A stretch of DNA of 64,000 bases. It comes from Atractiella rhizophila. Taxonomy: Eukaryota. Position 1 is the first letter of the stretch; each line of letters begins with the position of its first letter. The translations under genes were made by a program, and so were the position numbers. A model generated the notes under the pieces. The model saw only the letters and a program-made list of their open reading frames with translations. It was not told the DNA's origin and made no database searches. This document shows, in pieces, positions 52,301 to 62,046 of the stretch. The DNA lies in the NCBI GenBank assembly GCA_021432655.1, contig MU271248.1:9176-73175 (forward strand), in the 5' to 3' direction.

Positions 52301-52562
52301 GATCACAGAAAGGCCCTTGACGACCTTGAAATGGCCGTCAAGCTTAGACCGGCAATTATCAAAGACACGGGGGAGTTTCGGTAAGGGCTCTCACTCCTGT
52401 TGGGCATTCCGAGCTGAAAATGCATTCAGGTTCGTGCTGGCCTGTCTGCGAGCAGAAACGGGTGACTATGCAGCGAGCACGAGAGACTTTGATATGGCTA
52501 TGGCATTGAAACCTGAAGAAAGGGAGAACTACATGCAAACACGAATGCAATATGGAGTTTGA
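49359..52562 (+). CDS. Protein with MLKL-like N-terminal helical domain, Pro/Ser linker, U-box-like domain and TPR repeats
   Basis: Manual GT-AG splicing gives AIAGCLQLARDIYSVRSRWKDNKRLSDALIKFAQNLEAAL...; AVDPVTKFEIVDPVLGSDGLIHDRWTL...LREAI; then TPR units (HRAIVRIRLRELEGALADLNKVV, ARGWAYSSVGNFAAALDDF, ETGDYAASTRDFDMAMALKP). Confidence 0.8.
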
Positions 52563-52606
52563 CTCATCCACTACTTGATGTTCTGCTGCACTGCTGCACT
52601 GATATC

Positions 52607-53350
52607 TCAAGCGACCCTTTGGATCCTTTCCACTTCATGCATCCACGCACGGTACTCAGCTCCCCACCCTCCGATCCTCCTTCTTTTCCCTCCAACTTCA
52701 ACGCCGTCCAACATCAATTTGTCACCCTCCGTCTTCCTGACCTCCCAATGACGTGCAAACGACCAGTATAAAATGCTCCTGCTAGAGAAAAGGACCATGG
52801 GTATCGATTCGGTGCAGCCTTCTTTACAAGGAGGGGTGATTCGAAGGATTCTTCTTAGCGTTCTCATAAGTATTCGAGGAAAGTAGAGAAGCAGAGGGGG
52901 ATCAAGCCCTGTTTGTAACGAGTGAGCGAAGCACTATTGTCAGCAAAAAGACTTGCAAATCACATCAGTCGATTCGTCTTCTAGCACAGTCCCAATCCTC
53001 GCTTGATAATTTCTCGATTCGAGAAATCAGCCACACGAACTAGGAAAGGGGGGTGGTACCCATCCACGATCCAACCTCTCTCACTCTTTCTCGTCACCTC
53101 AAGGACCTTCTCCTTAAACTCGTCGTTCGACCTATGATTCCATCCTGGCAACCAGAAGAATTCGTCAAGATGCAAGATTGGAAGGTCGAGGATGGTGGCT
53201 AGACGATCGCCAAGCGTACTATCCTCATTCTTTACTTTGCTCGACAAATTTGTTGGAAGGAGATAATCACCTCTTCCCTACCCCACAGTTCCCCAAGATC
53301 ACCACCCTATATCGACCTTGACCGTCACCCTTCAGAGCAGGGACCACCAT
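52607..53350 (-). CDS. Adenylate-kinase/FlaR-like P-loop kinase, copy 1 (most divergent)
   Basis: MVVPALKGDGQGRYRVVILGNCGVGKSTLGDRLA...LHLDEFFWLPGW...GWIVDGNY...VIWLDPP. Three introns. Confidence 0.88.
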
Positions 53351-54099
53351 GTCTGGCTGATGAACCGATCCTGAGAGGGAATACAGGAAAACGGAAAGCA
53401 GAAAGGCAAAGACGGAGAGAAGTTGTTGACATCAATTTTGTTGTGGTCGTTGTTGACACGTTCTCTCGATTCAGCTTGATTGAAATACATATTCCCCGTT
53501 CAATTTGGCTCAATGAATATGACATTTTCATTCATGACGATCGAGTTGAATCAGAATCAATCCAGTCAGCAATTTAATCTTCTTCCAAGAGAGCACTGCC
53601 TGCCGGGCACGTGATGTCCAACAAAGAAGGACTGGTGTTGGTTCTTAGGGCTTGTGGATCCATGCAATGTGAGAAGTTGGTAAGGGCAGTATTTTCGTAC
53701 TATTATATGCATGTGATGCCATTTTTCAATACTTGGGAGCCCGCACTCAGAATCCTAGTATGTTCGATATCAATGTAAACTCCCAAATCAAGGAAGCAAG
53801 ACGAGGTTGTTGATTCTGTTCAGCAGCAACTTGAATACAGAATGCAATAGTCATTCGGAAGGAAAACGAAGGACGCAACAACTTGAAACAAAATCTGGGT
53901 TCCGTAAATGTTTCACGAAGACCTATCTCTCAGTACACCAATACCATCATAATCCAAGCTGATCCAAAGCAAAATATGTAAGGCCATCGGAATACACGCG
54001 CACCTTCTCAAAGCAATGATCAAGACATCCTCGAACCGGAACAGTGGCAAAAGGAAGGCGGTGTAAGCCAGACGGAGGCTGGGCGCGTTAGGTGCCGAT

Positions 54100-54110
54100 T
54101 GACTCGTTTC
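54100..54110 (+). promoter_or_regulatory. Conserved TGACTCGTTTC element ~110 nt upstream of kinase copies 2, 3 and 4
   Basis: Exact 11-mer at 54100-54110 (+), 60726-60736 (-) and 63780-63790 (-), with diverged flanks between copy 2 and copies 3/4. Confidence 0.5.
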
Positions 54111-54210
54111 CTCTTCACTGTCAAAAGGCTCAACTCGTGTGCAAACACTCTTCCGTCCTCGTCTTGTCCACTTCCGAACAACCTCGAATCTTTTCCCGAG
54201 TGACTTAACC

Positions 54211-54975
54211 ATGATCCCTCCATTGAAAGGTGACGGTCAAGGTCGATATCGGGTATTGATTCAGGGAAATTCAGGGGTAGGAAAGAGGTGACTTCCCAAA
54301 AAATTTTTGGAGGATAAACGAGATGCAGAAAGGGTGACTGTGATTTGCGGCCAGCACACTCGCTGATCGTCTCTCTGCCCTACTCAATCTACCAGTTTTA
54401 CACCTTGACGAGTACTTCTGGCAGTCCGGATGGAAAGAGAGCGCAACAGAAGAGTTTAGAGAAAAGGTTCTGACAGTTACTACAGCTAGCAAAGAGGGAT
54501 GGGTAGTGGATGGGTATCCCTCTCCCCCTCTCCCTTCCCCGCACCACTGACTGGAACTTGGAATGAAGAAATTATCGATCGAGGGTTGGAAGTATCTTAG
54601 AAGGGGAAAGCACAGACATCATCTGCAAGTCTCCCGTAACCTCCAGTGCAGATTTGTAAACAATAGAAAACAGGGCTCGATCCCCCCCTCATGCTTTACT
54701 TTCCTCGTATATTCATCCGAACGATTGGTCGCATCCTTCGCCTCATCCCTCAATGCAAAGACGGGTGTGACGAATCCTTCACAACAACATTCTTCAGTCG
54801 AGACAGCATTTTGCTCTGGTGTCTTACACACCATAGGAGCAATAGAGAATACCAGCTAGGAAAAATGATAACGGAGGCCATAGACGGGGGCGGAAAGAGG
54901 AGGCGCATTGGAGGATGGGGTGCAGAATATAGACGCTGGATGGAAGGCGTCGAGAGGATCAGGAAGATCACTTGA
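54211..54975 (+). CDS. Adenylate-kinase/FlaR-like P-loop kinase, copy 2
   Basis: MIPPLKGDGQGRYRVLIQGNSGVGKSTLADRLS...LHLDEYFWQSGW...GWVVDGNY...IIWLDPP...RIGGWG. Same three intron positions; the third is GC-AG. Confidence 0.9.
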
Positions 54976-55320
54976 AACTGCTCATCAGTTCTAAAGCTTC
55001 AGCACAACTCATTTAGCTTCTTAAATTGGAATCTATGTGCTTGCTTCGAAATTGGAAAACCCCATGAAGGAGTACACTGAGGAAGTAAGCGCCTCACGAA
55101 ACGATGGCTTGAATATTGAACCCAGATATTACATCAGTGGAGCTGGTGTTGATAAAGGTTCTTTACACTAACTAGGTTGGCAAGCTAGTGCAAATGGTAT
55201 TCTGCCTATGCAATTCTGCTCTTAATCTTGTCGTGACTATTTGGATTTTTGGTAACCTCGCAACAGGGCTGAATGGTACTTCTGATGTACTGATAGACTG
55301 AATCGCCATTTGTTGAGATG

Positions 55321-56310
55321 ATTTGGGAACATTCTACTATCGTGACCTTGCGACAGGAAGGCTATCCGCAACAGACTATGCATCTGAAAGGATATTTGCG
55401 CTGCTAGCGGTTTCCTTCGACTTTCTAGGGCAAAGATGTAAACGAATTATTTGAAGCCTTTATCTCGGCTGCCCAAACCTCGTTCGAGCCCTTCGAACAG
55501 AACGCATGCACAGTGGAAAATTTCAGATCTGCTGGCAAAGAACGTGTGAGAAGCGCTTGTGCCTCCTCACTTTATGAAGCAAATAGATCGAGAAAAAGAA
55601 AACGCACTCTGCAGAACGGTCTACCTGAGCCCAGAACTTGCGGAAAAGATCAAAAACAGGTAACCCTCCTCCTTACTTCCTGTCAACACCCACAGCCTGC
55701 CCCCGTGCCCTGATTTATTATTAAAGATTCATTTCTCTGTAACCTTCGATGCATTCTGTAAAACACTGAGCCAGGGCAAACCTTGTTTCTTGTTTCGCTT
55801 TTTGTCGGCGATTTCCACTCCTGGAGGTTCTTTTCTGACAACCAAAAAGTACCACCATTACGACAAATCCGGATCAAAATGGGCGTCATAACCTGGGTTC
55901 TAGGCTGGTTCGTCCTCCATTGCATAGTAAACTGCAAGTTGCTGATGAAAAACGGCCTGGGGACAGGGGAGGACTTGGCGTCGCTGCTCGAATGTATCAA
56001 TTGGGACTGGGGAACCATAACCCCTTCCGTGGTCTATACTGGCACGCTGTCTCTGGTGCCTTTTGGGGATTTGCTGGTTTGTTTTCGTCTTTCTTCAACA
56101 CGCATAGTTCAACTCTATGATCGTTGAGAAAGAGTCGCCTGTTGCTGATTTTTTCGTGGATTGGGAATAGGATATCACTTTTATTATTTCAACGAGAACA
56201 ACCTCCGGATCATAGAGGCTAAAAAGCTCGAGTTGGCCCGGAGGAGGGGATTTCTGCCTTACCCTGGAGAGGAGGAGGAGGGTGCATCGAGTTCTAATGG
56301 AGAAGAGTGA
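55321..56310 (+). pseudogene. Degenerate gene of unknown function, copy 1
   Basis: Exon-like segments (GTFYYRDLATGRLS..., MGVITWVLGWFVLH..., final YHFYYFNENNLRIIEAKKLELARRRGFLPY...GEE*) interrupted by frame-disrupting indels. No clean 5' end found. Confidence 0.4.
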
Positions 56311-56393
56311 AATCTAGCTATTAATCCGCACCCTCAACCACTGACAAGTCTAAGTCTACTGTACAACATGCTCACAGACCCTCTACTGCGCTA

Positions 56394-56712
56394 TTATATT
56401 TCTATCACATCCTTCTCTCCGGAAGCTTTCAACACCCGCTCCATCACAGCCAATCCGACACCAACAGAAGGTACCTCCTCCACGTAGATGTAGTCTACTT
56501 TACCGTCTAAGGACCTTAAGGATTCATAGAGCTCCCTTGAAAGGTGAGAAACATCCTCGAAAACCCTTGCTTCAACTTGGTTCTTCGAAGTTAATGACGG
56601 TGGCAGAGGGAGAAGAGGGGAGCTACGAAGGAGCAAGAAGGTGGCTTTCTTCCTTTCTCTCCCATTGGGAACATGATCAAAGAGCCGTCGTACCCTTTCC
56701 TCTGACTTTATT
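56394..56712 (-). pseudogene. Truncated duplicate of the SUA5 3' end
   Basis: About 320 nt nearly identical to 57756-58074, cut at the duplication junction, with no start or promoter. Confidence 0.85.
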
Positions 56713-57672
56713 TGGGAACATTCTACTATCGTGACCTTGCGACAGGAAGGCTATCCGCAACAGACTATGCAGCGATTTCTTTCAACTTTCTAGGGCAAAA
56801 GATGTATAACGAATTATTTGAAGCCTTTATCTCGGCTGCCCACACCTTGTTCGAGCCCTTCGAACAGAACGCATGCACAGTGGAAAATTTCAGATCTGCT
56901 GGCAAAAAACGTGTGAGAAACGCTTGTGCCTCCTCACTTTATGAAGTAAATAGATCGAGAAAAAGAAACGCACTCTGCAGAACGGTCTACCTTAGCCCAG
57001 AACTTCCGGAAAAGATCAAAAACAGGTAACCCTCCTCCTTACTTCCTGTCAACACCTAGAGCCTGCCCCCGTGCCCTGATTTATTATGAAAGATTCATTT
57101 CTCTGTAAGCTTCGATGCATTCTGTCAAACACTGAACCAGAGGGCGAACCTTGTTTTTGTTTCGCTTCTTGTCGGCGATTTCCACTCCTGGAGGTTCTTT
57201 CTGACAACCAAAAGTACCACCATTACCACAAATCCGCATCAAAATGGGCGTCATAACCTGGGTTCTAGGCTGGTTCGTCCTCCATTGCATACTAAACTGC
57301 GAGTTGCTGATGAAAAGGGCTGGGATAGGGGAGGACTCGGCGTCGCTGCTCGAATGTACCAATTGGGACTGGGAAACCATAACCCCTTCCGTGGTCTACA
57401 CTGGCACGCTGTCTCTGGAGCCTTCTGGGGCTTTGCTGGTTTGTTTTCGTCTTTCTTCAACACGCATAGTTCAACTCTATGATCGTTGAGAAAGAGTCGC
57501 CTGTTTCTGATTTTTTCGTGGATTGGGAATAGGATATCACTTTTATTATTTCAACGAGAACAACCTCCGGATCATAGAGGCTAAAAAGCTCGAGTTGGCG
57601 CGGAGGAGGGGATTTCTGCCTTACCCAGGAGAGGAGGAGGAGGGTGCATCGAGTTCTAATGGAGAAGAGTGA
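56712..57672 (+). pseudogene. Degenerate gene of unknown function, copy 2 (5'-truncated)
   Basis: Duplicate of 55321-56310 carrying a different set of indels. Confidence 0.4.
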
Positions 57673-57755
57673 AATCTAGCTATTAATCCGCACACTCAAC
57701 CACTGACAAGTCTAAGTCTACTGTACAACATGCTCACAGACCCTCTACTGCGCTA

Positions 57756-59075
57756 TTATATTTCTATCACATCCCTCTCTCCGGAAGCTTTCAACACGCG
57801 CTCCATCACAGCCAATCCGACACCAACAGAAGGTACCTCCTCCACGTAGATGTAGTCTACTTTACCGTCTAAGGACCTTAAGGATTCATAGAGCTCCCTT
57901 GAAAGGTGAGAAACATCCTCGAAAACCCTTGCTTCAACTTGGCTCTTCGAAGTTAATGACGGTGGCAGAGGGAGAAGAGGGGAGCTACGAAGGAGCAAGA
58001 AGGTGGCTTTCTTCCTTTCTCTCCCATTGGGAACATGATCAAAGAGCCGCCGCACCCTTTCCTCTGACTTTATTGAAAGAGGAGACGTCCGAAAGGCAAT
58101 GACTCTCGAATGATCTGGCGCATAATGCCTGTACTTCATGCCAGGCGTCCTCGGATTCCTCCTCATCTCCTCCACCTCCGACTCGTCCGTTCCACCGCTC
58201 TCCTCCTTACCAAACACTGTCACTTCCCTCACGCCTCCATCGACACCGAGCAAATTGCGCTCGGAGAAACAGCTACGGAGGTCTTCAACCCCTACTCCTC
58301 CAGCTCGAAGGACGCGGACATCCCACATCCTCTTTGGTGTGGATGTACCTGCGCCTTGAGGATCGAATGATGAGGATGAGGGATGTACATCCACGACTGT
58401 GCTCTCCACTCCGACTCCACACGGTCCTCCATCCAACACAGCATCGACGAGCTGATCCGTCACTCCTTGGGAATAGTCGGTCACGACATGCTCTGCCCTC
58501 GTCGTAGAGGGTCTTCCCGATTTGTTAGCTGAAGGTGCAGCGAGCGGGAGGTTGGAAAGGTGGATGAGAGCGAGAGCGAGGGGATGGGAGGGCATCCTCA
58601 ACGCGATCGAGTGGTTCTTCAACCCGCCTCTCACCAGAGGGGAAACCTCTTGGATGCCTGATGAGGACGTTGAAGATGAAGCTGAAGAGGGAACGGCAAA
58701 GACAATAGTGAGTGGTCCCGGCCAGAATCGCTCCATCAGTGCGACGTGGATGGGATGTAGAGAGTCAGATGGGACGAGAGAGTGTACCATTTCGAGGGAG
58801 GAGACGTGGACGATGAGCGGGTTGTCAGATGGCCGTCCTTTCGCCCTGAAGATCTTTTGGCATGCCTCAGTGGATAACGCGCTGCCACCTAAGCCGTACA
58901 CCGTCTCCGTGGGGAAAGCAACGAGCCTGTTCTGGCGGAGGAGGTCTGCGGCGTGTGCGAGGGAGGTGGAGGTCTCTGTGGACGAGAAGGTAAGTTTGGG
59001 CGTCGAGAGTGGCGGGGACGCGAATGTATAGGACAGCTCGGTGGACGATGCTGCAAGTACCTTTGGTGGCGACAT
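57756..59075 (-). CDS. SUA5: Threonylcarbamoyl-AMP synthase (t6A tRNA modification), apparently intronless
   Basis: VAFPTETVYGLG, KIFRAKGRPSDNPLIVH, FWPGPLT, ALRMPSHP, AAPSANKSG, DGGPCGVGVESTVVD, PGMKYRHYAP, GLAVMERVLKA. Confidence 0.95.
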   Translation of the reverse strand: MSPPKVLAASSTELSYTFASPPLSTPKLTFSSTETSTSLAHAADLLRQNRLVAFPTETVYGLGGSALSTEACQKIFRAKGRPSDNPLIVHVSSLEMVHSLVPSDSLHPIHVALMERFWPGPLTIVFAVPSSASSSTSSSGIQEVSPLVRGGLKNHSIALRMPSHPLALALIHLSNLPLAAPSANKSGRPSTTRAEHVVTDYSQGVTDQLVDAVLDGGPCGVGVESTVVDVHPSSSSFDPQGAGTSTPKRMWDVRVLRAGGVGVEDLRSCFSERNLLGVDGGVREVTVFGKEESGGTDESEVEEMRRNPRTPGMKYRHYAPDHSRVIAFRTSPLSIKSEERVRRLFDHVPNGRERKKATFLLLRSSPLLPLPPSLTSKSQVEARVFEDVSHLSRELYESLRSLDGKVDYIYVEEVPSVGVGLAVMERVLKASGERDVIEI

Positions 59076-59299
59076 GGTGCTCGTCGAAGGAGATGATTTG
59101 GAGAAGCGGATGAGTCGACGAATCCTAGATCAAGTTTTCAGACACCAAAAGATACAGACAAAGAGATAAAGTACAAAGCTCGCATTCGCCCCTTGACTTT
59201 GGCACTTTTCTTAGTATTTACCGCCAGTTTTCCTCAAATTTCTCGCGACTTGCTCCTCGTTACGTTTGGTCGTTCCGATGCGTTGGTTCAGAAATTTCC

Positions 59300-59660
59300 T
59301 CCCCCCACAATTCCCAACCCCCAAAACCCAAAAACCAAAAGTGGGAAAAAAAACACAACACAAAACACTCACACACCCAGAGCAAAACATGCACCCGACA
59401 CCGAAAAAACTCTCACAAAAATTGAGACACATCGCCCACACTGTCTCCAAAACCCCCCACAAAAAAAAGGACAAAAACCTCCAAAAATCTCAAACGCCCC
59501 CTTTGACAACCCGCCCCGATCCGTCCCCGTAACCGCCGACGAACAACCCCCAACCAAAAATTTCCCCCCCCTGACCAAAAAAGGCCAAAATAAACATCAA
59601 CGGCCCCAGGCCCGGACCAACCTTCGTTTCTAAAACAGACAACAATAACTCGTCCCCTTC
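59300..59660. other. A/C-rich low-quality sequence (probable artefact)
   Basis: Same T/G-depleted homopolymer composition as 48870-49225. Its ORFs are low-complexity. Confidence 0.75.
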
Positions 59661-59863
59661 ACATCGAAAGGCTCTAAAACCTCGTGTAGAAAAAAGAAGA
59701 AGATCTGGGACAATACGAAAAAATTAAAAAGTTCTGTTCTCAAGTCTGCGACATTTTAGCACTCCCTGTTCACTTCCAAACTAGTAGCAGTGAAATGCAT
59801 TCCGATTTATAGAAGTAAATTACTTGTGCAGGAGTTTAGATGCCGATGAACAGAAGAGCAGCC

Positions 59864-60625
59864 TCAAGCGATCTTTTTGATCCTCTCGACGCCGTCCATC
59901 CAGCTTCTATACTCTGCTCCCCATCCACCAATGCGTCTCCTCTTCCCTCCCACGTCTACGCCCTCCGTTATCATTTTCCCTAACTGGTATTCTCTATTGC
60001 TCCTATGGTGTGTAAGACACCAGAGCAAAATGCTGTCCCTGCTGAAGAAAGTTGCCGTGAAGGATTCGTTGCATCCCTCTTGGCATTGAGGCACGATGCG
60101 AAGGATGCGACCTATTGTTCGGACGAAAATACGAGGAAAGTAAAGTAGAAGAGGGGGATCGAGCCCTGTTTGTATTGTTTACAATTGTGAACTCGAGATG
60201 AAGAAAGACTTGCAGATGATATCTGTGCTTTCCTCTTCCAGGATGTCCCCAATCCTCGATCGGTAATTTCTCCATCCCAAGTCAGAAACGCGAGCAAGAG
60301 TCGAGGAGAGAAGTGAGCTACCCATCCACTACCCACCCTTTCTCGCTAGCTCTAGTAACTGTCAGAACTTTGTCTCTGAATTCTTCTGTCGTGCTCTCTT
60401 TGAATCCCGGCTTCCAGAAATACTCGTCGAGGTGTAAAACTGGGAGGTCGAGGATGGCAGAAAGACGATCAGCGAGGGTGCTGGATTCAAATCACAGTCA
60501 CCCTCTTGGCCTCCCGTTGAAGCCTCAAGGAAAAACATTGGAAATCACCTCTTTCCTACCCCTGAATTTCCCTGAATCAATACCCGATATCGACCTTGAC
60601 CGTCACCTTTCAATGGAGGGATCAT
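59864..60625 (-). CDS. Adenylate-kinase/FlaR-like P-loop kinase, copy 3
   Basis: Close paralog of copy 2 in inverted orientation, with intact motifs and splice sites; ends ERIKKIA*. Confidence 0.88.
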
Positions 60626-61063
60626 GGTTAAGTCTCTCGGGAAAAGATTCGAGGTTGTTCGGAAGTGGACAGACGAGAGAGGGAATGACCAGGTCGCAGG
60701 AGCGAGCTTTTTTGAGAGCGTGGTAGAAACGAGTCAGCTACACAGCCTTTATTTCCGAAGTTTTGACCTCGCGTGACAACCGCGTTCCGTTCCATCTTTG
60801 GATGTGTAACCCAATTATATTCATCGAAGGGGAGGATTGTGGTTCAGTGGAGGATTTTGAGTGCTTGAGCGAAATAAAATTTCGAAATCCAACTCAGAGT
60901 TGCAGCGATTTATTTCAATCATACTTTGTATCTCTTGCTTATCTCAGGGTCTACTTTTACCTCAGCCGATAGCAACTTCACTTGAACTCCGCTTGAAGCT
61001 GCTTGCTTGAGTGAAAGCATTCAACTCCCACACACAAAAGATCAGCAACACGTTAGACCGAAG

Positions 61064-61985
61064 ATGTCAGCCCTTCTACTTATTGACATCCAATACGACT
61101 TCCTCCCTCCCAGTGGCACGCTCGCCGTCCCCGACGGTCTCTCCATCCTGCCCTCCGTGCACAGCCTTCTTTCCCTCTGTTCACCATCATCAAACACTAC
61201 TAGTTCAGTCACAAATGAGAATTCAAAGCGCTTCGGCCTGCTCGCGCTCTCCCAGGATTGGCATCCTCCCGGTCACGTCTCCTTCGCCTCCACGCACGCA
61301 TTGGCTCCGTTCACGGCCGTACAGCTCCCTGCGTCTTTACACAAAACAGATGCGGAGGGTGAGAGCCTGACACAGATGTTGTGGCCGGACCATTGTGTTC
61401 AGGGCTCGAGGGGGGCGGAGGTGGAGGAGAGCGTGGTGGGTAAGGTGAAGGAGGTGGAAGGTGCGAGTGGGAATGGATTGAAAGTGGTGCGGGTGAAGAA
61501 GGGGTATGTGAAGGAACGAGATGCTTATTCGGCTTTTGAGGGTACAGATTTGGATGTGCAGCTCAAAGGTGTGCCATATTACCTCTCCTCTGAGATTTCG
61601 CTTGAGATAATGGATAATACTGATTGATGGATGGATGTAGAGCATGGAATAAGGAAACTGTTTCTCGCCGGCCTAGCGACTGACTACTGTATTAGAGCTA
61701 CGTTCGTTCCTCCTCCGTCCTTCCATCTCTCCATCTCGCTCCAGAACATTAATTCAACATAAAAATGGGTGCAGAGCATTATCGGGCGTAAATCATGGGT
61801 ACGAGGTGTACGTGGTTGAAGAGGGGGTTCGAGGGGTGGCGGAGGAGACGAGTGCGACTGCGGTGGAGGAGATGAAGGCTACCAGTAAGCTTTCTTCTCT
61901 TTTGGATTGAAAGTGGCTTCATTGATCGGGATCGACAGGTGTGAAGTTCATAAAGCTTGAGGAGGTGCAGGGACTGCTGCTGTGA
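61064..61985 (+). CDS. PNC1: Nicotinamidase/pyrazinamidase
   Basis: ALLLIDIQYDFLPPSGTLAV, SQDWHPPGHVSFAS, LWPDHCVQGS, KKG...DAYSAF, GLATDYCI (catalytic Asp/Lys/Cys). Three introns. Confidence 0.93.
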
Positions 61986-62046
61986 TTTGGTACCTCGGGA
62001 AGAAGATAGAATTGTGTTGTATGGAAATCGAGTGTTGTTTTATCTC

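Larger units (their letters stand above)
55321..58074. repeat. Direct tandem duplication, units ~55321-56712 and ~56710-58074
   Basis: Near-identical sequence from ATTTGGGAACATTCTAC to CCTCTGACTTTATT in both units. 3-nt ATT microhomology at the junction; one 24-nt indel plus scattered substitutions and 1-nt indels. Confidence 0.93.

Noticed and set aside
59193..59633. ORF with a hydrophobic start and Pro/Lys/Thr-rich body
   Set aside because: It has a non-ATG start and lies mostly in artefact-like sequence.
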